NCBI GenBank assembly: GCA_013387205.1
Contig: WARV01000011.1
Span: forward strand, 1 to 56,570
Reading direction: 5' to 3'
Length of the DNA: 56,570 nt
From: Patescibacteria group bacterium
GTDB lineage: Bacteria; Patescibacteriota; Doudnabacteria; UBA920
Shown here in pieces: positions 36,591 through 46,420 of the stretch. The notes under the pieces are model-generated. The model ran no database searches. It saw only the letters and a list, made by a program, of their open reading frames with translations, and was not told the origin of the DNA. Positions within the stretch are counted from its first letter, which is position 1. Every line of letters begins with the position of its first letter. Position numbers and translations under genes: made by a program.

Positions 36591-37943
36591 ATGGAAAAAG
36601 TAGATCCTACAATTTTTAAAGCTTACGATATCCGCGGGGTTTATCCGAGCCAGATTAACGAAGATACGGCATATAAGATTGCGCAGGCTTACGCAAAATT
36701 CATTGGCCCGAAAACCGTAGTGCTCGGGCGCGACGTTAGGTTGTCCGGGCCGAAATTATTCGAAGCAGCCAAGCAGGGTTTGGTTGACCATGGCGTAAAT
36801 GTCATCGATATTGGCGTAATCACCACTGACATGATGTATTTTGCCGTGGTGCATCTGAATGCCGATGGCGGTTTAGCTGTGACTGCTTCGCATAACCCCA
36901 AAGAATTTAACGGGTTTAAAATGGTCAGGGCCAAAGCCGCTCCGATTTCCGGAGATACCGGCATTATGGATATCCGTGATTTGGCTGCGCAAGGGTATAA
37001 TTTCAAGTCAGAAATTTTAGGGCAAGTATCAACCGTTGATATTTTGCAAGACTATATTAAAAAAATCGTGTCTGTGGTTGATGTTGCTAAAATCAAGAAA
37101 TTCAAAATCGTGGCCAATGCCAATTTTGGCGCCATCGGCAAAAACTTAAAAGCTTTGGCCGAAAAATTGCCCATGGAAATCGTTTGGATTAATGAGCAGC
37201 CTGACGGTAGTTTTCCCAAAGGCCGGCCGGACCCTTTAATCCCCGAAAACCGCACGGAAACATCGGAAATAATAAAATCTTCTGGCGCGGATTTTGGCGT
37301 GGCCTGGGACGCGGATGCGGACCGCTGTTTCTTTTTTGACGAGACCGGCCGTTTTTTGAGCGGCTACTTTACCACCGCAATTTTGGCCGAGCTGTTTTTG
37401 AAACGCTACGGCCCAAGCAAAGTTTTGGTGGATTCCAAATTGAACTGGGCAACCATGGATGTGGTAAAAAAGTACGGGGGAGAAGCCTTGATGACCCGGA
37501 CCGGGCACAGCTTTTATAAAGCAAAAATGATTGAGCTCGGCGCGGTGTTCGGCGGGGAAGTATCAGCGCATTATTACTTTAAGGATTTTTATTTTTTGGA
37601 TAACGGGCTAATGCCGTTCGTGTTCATGCTGCAGCTGCTTTCCGAAACCGGCAAAAAGATGAGCGGGATTTACCAGCCTTTGTTCGAAAAATATTTCATT
37701 ATTGATGAAACTAATTTTACGGTCAGAAACGTAGACGAAGCCGTTAAGGCCGCAAAAGAAAAATTTTCCGGCGGCAAGCTTTCGGAAATTGACGGCGTAG
37801 CTATGGAGTTTGTTGATTGGAGATATTCCGTCCGCGGCTCCAATACTGAGCCGATTATCAGGCTGAACATGGAAGCCAAAAGCGCCGAGGTTTTGGCGGA
37901 AAAACAGAAAGAGATGGTGGAGTTTATTAAGCGGTTTGTGTAA
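36591..37943 (+). CDS. Phosphomannomutase/phosphoglucomutase
   Basis: FKAYDIRG, TASHNP, DADADR, GEVSAH and RGSNTEP motifs. Confidence 0.95.
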   Translation: MEKVDPTIFKAYDIRGVYPSQINEDTAYKIAQAYAKFIGPKTVVLGRDVRLSGPKLFEAAKQGLVDHGVNVIDIGVITTDMMYFAVVHLNADGGLAVTASHNPKEFNGFKMVRAKAAPISGDTGIMDIRDLAAQGYNFKSEILGQVSTVDILQDYIKKIVSVVDVAKIKKFKIVANANFGAIGKNLKALAEKLPMEIVWINEQPDGSFPKGRPDPLIPENRTETSEIIKSSGADFGVAWDADADRCFFFDETGRFLSGYFTTAILAELFLKRYGPSKVLVDSKLNWATMDVVKKYGGEALMTRTGHSFYKAKMIELGAVFGGEVSAHYYFKDFYFLDNGLMPFVFMLQLLSETGKKMSGIYQPLFEKYFIIDETNFTVRNVDEAVKAAKEKFSGGKLSEIDGVAMEFVDWRYSVRGSNTEPIIRLNMEAKSAEVLAEKQKEMVEFIKRFV

Positions 37944-38087
37944 GTCGCCTCTTCGGCGACCCGCCGATAAGGCGGGTCGCAAGTAGCAAGAATCAAGTGA
38001 TTATCAAACAAGGGGAACCCTGTATCTGATACAGGGTTCCCCTTAAATAAGGGGCGCCCCGGGGAAATACGCCGGGGCGCCTGGCTG

Positions 38088-38474
38088 TCACGCAGCGGCA
38101 GCGATTTGTTTGCCGGAATATTCAAGTACTTCGGAGTTACAAGGAAGTTTTTTCTTTATTACTTGCTGGATGTTGGCGCCTTTGGTCAGTTCTACCTTAT
38201 ACACTCCTGGGAATATTCCGAAAATATCCTTGACCGCTTGATCCAAATCGGCCTCCATGTCAAGGCATGCGGCAAATACTGCCGAGCCTTGTATGACAAT
38301 GTCGACATGGCTCATTAGGTGAAAATGCTTAAGCCAGGGAGTGTTGTCACTTCTGGTGTCTTTCATGTTTTTGCGCATTCGTTTGGCTCTGCTGACGGCC
38401 TCTGCAAAACTTAGCGAACAGGAATCAAAACTGATCCGCAAAACATAAATCATCATGCGCGGTTGCGGCTGCAC
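38088..38474 (-). CDS. Hypothetical protein
   Basis: 128-aa ORF downstream of trpS with a GGAGG RBS. Confidence 0.5.
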   Translation of the reverse strand: MQPQPRMMIYVLRISFDSCSLSFAEAVSRAKRMRKNMKDTRSDNTPWLKHFHLMSHVDIVIQGSAVFAACLDMEADLDQAVKDIFGIFPGVYKVELTKGANIQQVIKKKLPCNSEVLEYSGKQIAAAA

Positions 38475-38528
38475 TTTGTCCCCTCCATTTTTGTTTCTTT
38501 GCTTAAATCCAAAATAAAAAATCGGACT

Positions 38529-39518
38529 TTAAATAAGTCCGATTTTTTGTTTGACTTCAAATATGGTTTCCCTGGCCGCTCCTGCAGCCTTGCTTGCGCC
38601 CTGGGCCAGCACTTCTGCCAGAAACTCTGGACGGGCCAAGAGTTCTTGTTTCTTCTCGCGGAACTGTTCGAAGTATTCAGAAATATCCCGTGCCAAATTT
38701 TCCTTGAGTTCACTGTATTTGAGCGTGCCGGAGTTTTGGGCATCGGCAAAATAAGTAATCTGCTCTTTGCTGCCAAAATGGGTAAGTAACAGCATTAAAT
38801 TTTCTTCACCCGGGGATTTTTTTCCTGGCTCGGAAGCTGTGACTGCTTTTTTCAGTTTCCTGCTAATTTCTTCCGGCGAATCGTCGAGCAGCAAGCTTTC
38901 GTCCCCGGTCTTGCTCATTTTTTTGTTAGGGTCGCTAAGGCTCATTATCCTCAAAGGCTTTTGCAAATAAGTTTTCGGTTCCGGAAAAGTCTGGCCAAAG
39001 CGGTTGTTGAATTTGCGGGCCACGATGCGCGCCAATTCCACGTGCTGAACCTGGTCTTCGCCCACGGGCACGGCCCGGCCCTTGTATATCAAAATGTCAG
39101 CAGCCATCAAGGCCGGGTAAGTCAGAAGGCCGGCATTAATGTTGGCTTTGTGCTGTTTGGCCTTGTCTTTGTATTGGGTCATTCTTTCCAGTTCAGGCAA
39201 AGGCAGTAGGCAGTTGAAAATCCAGGACAAAAAGGCATGCTCGCCAACCTGGCTTTGCGGGAAAAACACGCACTTGTCAGGGTTTAATCCAAGAGCCAAA
39301 TAAGTGGCAGTAACGTCTAAAATGTTTTGGCTTAATTCTTTCGGCTCAAACGGAGTGGTTAAGGCGTGCAAATCGGCAATAAAAAAATAGCACTGTTTGG
39401 TATTGTCTTCGGAAAGTTCGATAAAATTCTTTAAGGCGCCCAAGTAGTTGCCGATATGCAGCTTGCCGCTGGTCCTGATTCCCGCAACGATTGTTTCTTT
39501 AGTATTTTTCGTATTCAT
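38529..39518 (-). CDS. trpS: Tryptophan--tRNA ligase
   Basis: HIGN, YPALMAADIL, VPVGEDQ and KMSK motifs. Confidence 0.97.
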   Translation of the reverse strand: MNTKNTKETIVAGIRTSGKLHIGNYLGALKNFIELSEDNTKQCYFFIADLHALTTPFEPKELSQNILDVTATYLALGLNPDKCVFFPQSQVGEHAFLSWIFNCLLPLPELERMTQYKDKAKQHKANINAGLLTYPALMAADILIYKGRAVPVGEDQVQHVELARIVARKFNNRFGQTFPEPKTYLQKPLRIMSLSDPNKKMSKTGDESLLLDDSPEEISRKLKKAVTASEPGKKSPGEENLMLLLTHFGSKEQITYFADAQNSGTLKYSELKENLARDISEYFEQFREKKQELLARPEFLAEVLAQGASKAAGAARETIFEVKQKIGLI

Positions 39519-39601
39519 AAGGATATTATAGCATTTTTTGTTAAATATAAAAATAAAAGCCGCGGGCGCTTCGTTTAAAGCGCGCCCGCGGATAAATGGC
39601 C

Positions 39602-39754
39602 TTAGAAGCTCTCGCTCCTGAACGCCAAGTCCTCTTGGAGCCTTGATATCTGCTCTGATGAGAGATTGTCAGGTGGTTGTTCTTGTTCCGGTTGAGGGGG
39701 TTGAGATGGGGTCCGTCCCCTAAAGACGTCTGAGAAGAATTTAAGTAATTCCAT
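39602..39754 (-). CDS. 50-aa Pro/Gln/Glu-rich small protein (not in ORF track)
   Basis: GGAGG RBS; MELLKFFSDVFRGRTPSQPPQPEQEQPPDNLSSEQISRLQEDLAFRSESF*; GC hairpin+U terminator at 39550-39592. Confidence 0.5.
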   Translation of the reverse strand: MELLKFFSDVFRGRTPSQPPQPEQEQPPDNLSSEQISRLQEDLAFRSESF

Positions 39755-39878
39755 GACGCCTCCAAGTCAAATTAACTATAGCTTAACGGAATTTCGTTGG
39801 TTCGTCAAAAAGTAAAAATTGTCCAAAAAAGAAGACCGGCAAGTTCGACGTTTCAGTCGAACTTGCCGGTTATGGCAC

Positions 39879-40103
39879 TTAAGGCTGTTCTGTCAGCCGG
39901 CCGCATTCTGCCTGCATTTCTTGACGCTGGTTGGACGGGATTGTCTTCGTTCGGTGCGCGTGCACCGTTTGGTTGATCCTGTTGACTGCAGGATCTCCTG
40001 GTGTCACTCGTCCTGGTTCATGTGTACTGCTTGCCTGGTCTGATAATTCCACTTGCCTTTCATCCCGGGCCCTGGAAAGATTGTAATGCGCTGTCATGCA
40101 CAT
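39879..40103 (-). CDS. Small hydrophilic hypothetical protein
   Basis: Purine-rich RBS and a long terminator hairpin at 39825-39870. Confidence 0.45.
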   Translation of the reverse strand: MCMTAHYNLSRARDERQVELSDQASSTHEPGRVTPGDPAVNRINQTVHAHRTKTIPSNQRQEMQAECGRLTEQP

Positions 40104-40358
40104 ACCGCTCCTCCTTGCCAGATTTCCTCCTGGCTATTTCCAGAATATTTTACATGTAATACGGAAAAATGTAAATAGGGGATACTTTTGCCAAAACTAC
40201 GATAAATGACGGCCGTCATTTATCGTAGTTGTTTTAGATAACAAGGAAATATCATCAAAACAATGGAAAGATGGGATAAAAGGGATTGATGGGAATAAAG
40301 GGAAAGAGAAAAGGGCGGTCAAATGACCGCCCTTTTGTTTGCTACATGCTACCAACTA

Positions 40359-42263
40359 CTATACCTCTATCACCACTGGTAAGATCATCGGTCTGCGCTC
40401 GGTTTTTTGGTATAAGTATTCTCCAATTTCATCACGCACGACGTTTCTTAAGTATGCCCAGTTGGGTTCCAGCTTTTCCTTGCCCTTGGATTCCACCAGT
40501 TTCCTGACTTCGTGTTTGACCTCGCGGATTAAGTCATCGTTGCCTTTCATGTAAATGAACCCGCGGGAAATAATGTCCGGCTGGTTGACCAGTTTGCCGT
40601 TGCGTCTGTCCAAAGTCATAATGACCACAAACATCCCGTCCTGGGCCATGACCTGGCGGTCGCGGATGACAACTTCGCCGACATCACCAATACCTAAGCC
40701 GTCAATGAACACGTAGCCGCTGGCGATTTTGGAATCTTCCGTGGCTTTGGCCGTTCCGGCAGAACTGATTTCCAGAATCTGCCCGTTGTCCAAAGAAAAG
40801 ATGTTTTCTTTGGGTATGCTCATGCTTTCGCCGAGCTCCGCGTGCCTGACAATCATGTGGTGTTCGCCGTGTATTGGCATGAAGAATTTCGGCCTGGTTA
40901 AGGCTATCATCAATTTCAGTTCTTCCTGGTGGGCGTGTCCGGAAGTGTGGATGTCCAAGATTTTATTATAGATAACATGTGCCCCGAGCCTGGTGAGGTT
41001 AGAAAGCACAGCGGCAATTGCCCGCTCGTTCCCCGGAATAGGGGAGGCGGACACAATGGCCGTGTCGCCGGTTTTAAGCTTTATAGTCTTGTGGTCGCCG
41101 CGGGCAATGCGCGCCAAGCCGGCTGCGTCTTCGCCCTGCGAGCCAGTGGTCAATACGACAATCTGGTTGTCCGGATATTTTTTGGCCTGTTCTGACTTGA
41201 TAATAATTTTCGGCTGGATTTTCAGGTAGCCGAGAGACAAAGCAATCTCAATGTTGTTTACCAAGCTGCGGCCCGTGACAATGACCTTGCGGTTGTATTT
41301 GGCCGCGGCGTTAAAGACTTGCTGCACGCGCGAAATGTTGGTCGAGAAGGTGGCAAAAATTATGCGTCCTTTTATATCGGAAAAAGTCCTGTCAATTGTC
41401 AGCCCCAAATCTCTTTCTGACATGCAGTAGCCAGGCTTTTCCGCGTTGGTCGAATCGGACATGAGTAGCGTTACGCCTTCGGAGGCGAACTTGGCGATTT
41501 TTTGGAATTCGCTGGGTTTGCCGTCTGCCGGCGTGTGGTCGAATTTCCAGTCAGTGGCATAAATAACCTGGCCGACCGGCGTGACAATGGACAAACCGAT
41601 GCTGTCAGGAATATTGTGGTTAAGCCCAAAGAAGCGAACCTTAAAGTTGCCCAAAGCCAACACGTCGTCTTTGCTTAATACGTTAATGCGGCTGCGGCCC
41701 AAAAGCCCGAACTCTTCCAAGCGCTTTTTAATGAACCCGGCGGTCAAAGGCATGGTGTAAATCGGCGGATCGCCGAGTTTGGGTAAGATGTAAGGAATGG
41801 CTCCAATGTGGTCCAAGTGTCCGTGGGTGATAATGACTCCGCGAATGCGCCTTTTGTTTTCTTCCAGCCATTTGGTGTCGGGGATAATGTAATCGATTCC
41901 TGGCATGGTTTCGTCCGGAAAAGCCAATCCCATATCAACGACAATAATATCGTCGCCATATTCAAAGACTGTCAGGTTTTCTCCGACTTCTTCTACTCCG
42001 CCCATCGGGATAATCCTTAAATTCTGGCGGGAAGCGGTATAGCGGGAAGTGTTCAAGGTTTGCGCCTTGTGCACATCCAAAGCCGTGGCCTTGTTGATTA
42101 GCGCGTCCAGGCGGTCCTGGCTTTTTGCGCCCGTTGTTGCGGTTTGGCCGCGGTTTTTATCCGGGCGGTGGCCCGGGATCCGCATATCGCTTTGCTTATT
42201 GTGCTGGGAAGCGTTTTGGTTTTGCTTGCCAGACTGTGAATGATATAAAGTTTTCCTTATCAT
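40359..42263 (-). CDS. rnj: Ribonuclease J
   Basis: THGHLDHIG, HNIPD, DSTNA, HTSGHA, PIHGE and RRPMILPV motifs. Confidence 0.96.
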   Translation of the reverse strand: MIRKTLYHSQSGKQNQNASQHNKQSDMRIPGHRPDKNRGQTATTGAKSQDRLDALINKATALDVHKAQTLNTSRYTASRQNLRIIPMGGVEEVGENLTVFEYGDDIIVVDMGLAFPDETMPGIDYIIPDTKWLEENKRRIRGVIITHGHLDHIGAIPYILPKLGDPPIYTMPLTAGFIKKRLEEFGLLGRSRINVLSKDDVLALGNFKVRFFGLNHNIPDSIGLSIVTPVGQVIYATDWKFDHTPADGKPSEFQKIAKFASEGVTLLMSDSTNAEKPGYCMSERDLGLTIDRTFSDIKGRIIFATFSTNISRVQQVFNAAAKYNRKVIVTGRSLVNNIEIALSLGYLKIQPKIIIKSEQAKKYPDNQIVVLTTGSQGEDAAGLARIARGDHKTIKLKTGDTAIVSASPIPGNERAIAAVLSNLTRLGAHVIYNKILDIHTSGHAHQEELKLMIALTRPKFFMPIHGEHHMIVRHAELGESMSIPKENIFSLDNGQILEISSAGTAKATEDSKIASGYVFIDGLGIGDVGEVVIRDRQVMAQDGMFVVIMTLDRRNGKLVNQPDIISRGFIYMKGNDDLIREVKHEVRKLVESKGKEKLEPNWAYLRNVVRDEIGEYLYQKTERRPMILPVVIEV

Positions 42264-42981
42264 ATCGTTACTTTATTTTTTGGCCGTGACGTGACGGCCA
42301 TTATTGCAAGTTTTCTACCCCCACACCAACTTTCACCAAGTGTTGATTATTTATCAAGTCTGATTGTAATCGGTGAGTGTGCGATACACACAATGCTTGA
42401 CGGAAATTGGCGCCGGGGTAAACCCAAATAAACACTAATTTCCAGCAATAGAGGGCTGGTTACTTATTATTATTTGCTAGTCTATATTTATCTAAGTTAA
42501 GTGGCCTGTTCAGCCGACCTAGATTAGACTTTACTCGATGGAGTAATTAACAAATGAAAACCAAAAAGGTTTTTTAGCTTTCACCTGTCAATTTTCCTTT
42601 TGTTTCAAGGGATTTCTTGCTTTGTACTAATATTATATCATACCTGGCATTTTTCGTCAATATCAATGATTGTTTAATTGAATGCTGTTATTGCGAGCAA
42701 TTTAAGGTCCGCCAGCTGGCGGATTAGCTTAAATATTGCGTGGCAATCTGAATTTTCACAGGGAAGATTGCTTCGTTGCCAAAGATAAAGCCCTTTGGCT
42801 CCTCACAATGACATGGGGTAGGTGATATCGACGATCGCCAAATCCATGATTAATTTGACGTGCGTAGTGGAAATACTTAAAGAAAAAACCGCCATTTGGC
42901 GGAATTGTTTGTAGCCCTGAACCGTACGTGTCCCGCACCTTTTGAACATACGCCTTAAAAAAGAAAAAACTTCCAGTCAAT

Positions 42982-43068
42982 TGGTGGGCGGGGAGGGAGT
43001 TGAACCCTCACGGGAGTGATCCCACACGGCCCTGAACCGTGCGCGTCTGCCAATTCCGCCACTCGCCC
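42982..43068 (-). tRNA. tRNA-Leu (CAG)
   Basis: GGGCGAGTGGCGGAATTGGCAGACGCG, anticodon arm CACGG-TTCAGGG-CCGTG, long variable arm, GGTTCAACTCC and CCA end. Confidence 0.93.
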
Positions 43069-43348
43069 TCCAATTGACCGCAAGCGTAATAATTTTAGAA
43101 ATATAGTATAAGGTGCGGGGTAAATCTGCCAGCTTGCCCCGTAGAAATCCGCTGCAAGCGGATATTCTACTGGGGTTCCACCACATCCCCAAAATAACTA
43201 CTTGTATATTTTATATGAATATTTATTTTACTTCAACTATAATCCTACAGATTTACAGATTTCCTACTGATCTACTGATAACTACAGATATTTTCTAAGC
43301 GAATCTGTAGGTATCTGTAGATTCGGATACATTCGTAGATCTGTAGTT

Positions 43349-45064
43349 TTATTTCCACACCCTGTTCTCTTTAATATACCATTCCGGCAGATTGTAGAAC
43401 CTTTGGCTCGGTTCGAAGATTTTTTGCAGGCTGACATTTTTGATGTTTTTATCAATGGCGTAAACGTAAACAGCCTGGTCTAAAAAGATTGCCGGAACTT
43501 TATCCGCGAGCAGCTTGTTTAGTTCCTGGTATTTTTGCTCCCTCAAAGCCTGGTCAGTACTGGTCCTGGCATCTGTTATCAGCTGGTCGGCCTTTTGGTC
43601 GGCAAAGCCCGTTAAGTTGTAGCCCGGGTCTTTGGCCTGGCTGCTGTGCCAGAAGGGGAATGGATCCGGGTCTGCCCCGAATTTTAGCGGGAACAGTAAG
43701 ATGTCAAAGTTGCGCGGCTGGATGACGTTTTCAGTCAGTTCTTTTATTGGTAAAATTTTTAAATTTGTCTTGATGTTCAAAGCTTGCCACTGGCTTAACA
43801 CTTCTTCCGACGCCTTGGAGTTAATAAGGTTATCGCTGGTAGTTAAAGTCAGCTCAAGGACGGAACTCTTTTTGGTCCTTAAGTTAGTTTTAGGGTCAAT
43901 TTTCCACCCCGCCGTATCCAGCAGCGCTTTGGCCTGTTCAAGGTTGTATCCATTTCCTGGCAGTAAGGGGGGCAATGCGCTGTCTTTGAGCGCATTTTTT
44001 ATGACCTGATTTTTATCAAGGCCCAAAGAAAGCGCCATGCGCACGCTTTGGTCAGATAAAACCTTGTTGTTTAAATTGAAAAATATCACCTGGTATTGGG
44101 GGAGGGGGAATTTCAAAATTTGCGCGTTGTTTTGCTCGGCGTCTATGTTCAAATTGTCGCCCAAAGGGATAAAACCAAAGCCTGAAATTTCCCTGCTATG
44201 GAAAGCGTTGCGCAAGTCTTCCTCGGTGTCGTAGAATTTTATGTTGACCTGGCCGATTTTGGTTTGCCCCTGGCTGTATCCGGAAAAGGGAATTAAGGCA
44301 ATCTGCTGGATTTTTCCGCTGGGCAGTTTCTTTATTTCTTTAATGGAATACGGTCCGGTGCCGACAGCTTCCAAATTAAACTTAGACAGCAAAAAGTTTT
44401 GCGGCTCCACCCTGCTCCAAATGGCTTTGGGCAGCATGGGCAGAGTCAGGTTATAAATGAACGGCCCGGAAACATCCTTGGTGGTAAATTTTACCGAATA
44501 GTCAGACAGTTTTTCCACGGAGGTGGACATCCACAAATTGCGCAGCGGGCTTTTGTATGCCGGATCCTTTAATATCTGGATGGTGAATACCACGTCGTCC
44601 GCGTTAAACGGCTTGTCGTTATGCCACTTGATATCCTTTTTTAAGTTGATGGTGTATGTTTTCTGGTCAGGGGAGATTTCGGGTAAGCCGTCTGCCAAGT
44701 CAGGCTGCAATTGCCCTTTATTATCAAATTTGTAAAGGCCGGAAAAAACCAGTTTGGTCAAAGCCAAATCTGATTCCTGGTGTGCCAAAAGCGGGTTAAT
44801 ATAAGTGGGCTGGCCTAAGATTCCTTCACTGTATTCGCCTCCCTTGGCCGGTGCGGCAGTTGTGCGCGTGATATAAAAGTTTTTCAATGACCAGGATAAA
44901 GAGGCTAAAGCGACCAGTAAAAGCGACAGCACTGCGATTTTTTCCCTCTTGCCCATTAAAGAAAAAACTTTCCTTAAGGAGGAAAGGCTGATGTTTTTTA
45001 TTTCTTTGAATCCCGAAATTACCTGCCGGCTGTAAGTTATGAAGTTGTGGGTTTTACCGTTCAT
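43349..45064 (-). CDS. ABC transporter substrate-binding protein, family 5 (peptide/nickel), membrane-anchored
   Basis: PDLA, WHNDKPFNADDVVFT, GTGPY and AKALLDTAGW motifs. Confidence 0.9.
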   Translation of the reverse strand: MNGKTHNFITYSRQVISGFKEIKNISLSSLRKVFSLMGKREKIAVLSLLLVALASLSWSLKNFYITRTTAAPAKGGEYSEGILGQPTYINPLLAHQESDLALTKLVFSGLYKFDNKGQLQPDLADGLPEISPDQKTYTINLKKDIKWHNDKPFNADDVVFTIQILKDPAYKSPLRNLWMSTSVEKLSDYSVKFTTKDVSGPFIYNLTLPMLPKAIWSRVEPQNFLLSKFNLEAVGTGPYSIKEIKKLPSGKIQQIALIPFSGYSQGQTKIGQVNIKFYDTEEDLRNAFHSREISGFGFIPLGDNLNIDAEQNNAQILKFPLPQYQVIFFNLNNKVLSDQSVRMALSLGLDKNQVIKNALKDSALPPLLPGNGYNLEQAKALLDTAGWKIDPKTNLRTKKSSVLELTLTTSDNLINSKASEEVLSQWQALNIKTNLKILPIKELTENVIQPRNFDILLFPLKFGADPDPFPFWHSSQAKDPGYNLTGFADQKADQLITDARTSTDQALREQKYQELNKLLADKVPAIFLDQAVYVYAIDKNIKNVSLQKIFEPSQRFYNLPEWYIKENRVWK

Positions 45065-45122
45065 TCAGGCTAATGCGAAAGATGCGAAATAGTATGCGAA
45101 TGATGCGAAAATTAAAGCAAAA

Positions 45123-45347
45123 TTAGATTAAAAATGTGGTAATTGTTAATCCGACAAAGAGAATTCCCAAAACAATTGTCGCGTAAAACAGCCATTTTTC
45201 AAACCCGCGCCTAGTCTGGACAATATTGCCGGCGCCGCCAAAAACATTGGAAAGCCCGGAGGATTTGTTTTGCAGGGCAATGACAATAACCAGCAAAACC
45301 ATGATTAAAACGTTGATTAATTGGAAGGTTTGGGATAAATTTTTCAT
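45123..45347 (-). CDS. secG: Preprotein translocase subunit SecG
   Basis: LQNKSSGLSNVFGG..TRRGFEK between two TM helices. Confidence 0.92.
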   Translation of the reverse strand: MKNLSQTFQLINVLIMVLLVIVIALQNKSSGLSNVFGGAGNIVQTRRGFEKWLFYATIVLGILFVGLTITTFLI

Positions 45348-45530
45348 GTTTCAAGAAAATAAAAATTAACTGTTAAATTATATCGTAAATGCCAGTTAAG
45401 GTCAAGCTTGACAAAATATTAAAAAAAATGTTTAATGTAATCTAAATTTTAGCTATAGCCGGTTGCCTAAAAAAGAAAGCACTCGTTTGGCTGGATGGGC
45501 CAAACGAGTGCGAAGGGGGAACTGCATGGT

Positions 45531-46217
45531 TCACTGGATCTCCGTGGGAGCACTGATGCTCTTATTGATTGAGAAGGCGCTGGCAATGGCTGGGCCTACC
45601 TTCACCAAGCCACACTTTAATGCGTGCACGGCCATTTCGGTCGTTGAACGGACACTTAGTACCTTCTTAATCCTGAACTTGTGGAATTCAACAGTTTTCG
45701 GAGAGATGCTCAAGAACACGGCAATCTCTTTTGCGGTTTTGCCGCAAGCAACCAACTCCAGGATTTCAAGCTGTCTGGCGGTAAGGTTTTTTTCTTTTCC
45801 CCACTTGCCTTTGGGAACAGGTTCATAGATTGCCTGCCTGCAGAATTCCCTGAAAGATTTTGCCGCAATGAGGCTGGCAATCAATTCCTCTTTGGTGAAA
45901 TTGCTTTGGACGAGCCCGCAGACTCCGTTTTGAAGGAGTTGAGGGATGGCAGATGGTTTGGCGGGCGGTATTCCGATGATAACCACGGGAGGTATGGTTT
46001 TAACCATAACCTTCACGAGCGCTAGAAATCTTTCGGTCGGCATGTCGTCGATGCTTGTGCCAATGACAAGCACGTCGATGTCCAATAGCCGGGAGTATTC
46101 AAACCCCGCGGCTGAATTAAAAGCCCAGGCAATGCGGGCTTCTGAACCGTCGAGCGCGCTCATGATTCCTGCTCTGACGACTTGGCCAGGATATAAAACT
46201 CCGATTCTGATACCCAT
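45531..46217 (-). CDS. NarL/LuxR-type regulator with degenerate receiver domain
   Basis: LTARQLEILELVACGKTAKEIAVFLSISPKTVEFHK HTH. The receiver has DVLVIG where the phospho-Asp is expected. Confidence 0.85.
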   Translation of the reverse strand: MGIRIGVLYPGQVVRAGIMSALDGSEARIAWAFNSAAGFEYSRLLDIDVLVIGTSIDDMPTERFLALVKVMVKTIPPVVIIGIPPAKPSAIPQLLQNGVCGLVQSNFTKEELIASLIAAKSFREFCRQAIYEPVPKGKWGKEKNLTARQLEILELVACGKTAKEIAVFLSISPKTVEFHKFRIKKVLSVRSTTEMAVHALKCGLVKVGPAIASAFSINKSISAPTEIQ

Positions 46218-46420
46218 TTCTCTATTGTCTCTCCTTGGGACGTAACAAATGTCTTATTTATAACAAAAATTTTGGGGTTTGTAAACAATTAACTAATCAT
46301 GTAACCAATCTACGAATTCATACTAATAATAACTAATGACAACTAATATTCTTCTAAGGGTATTAGTTGTCATTCGCTTTATTCGTTACATTAGTTGATT
46401 AGCCAATCTGATTGGTTAAT

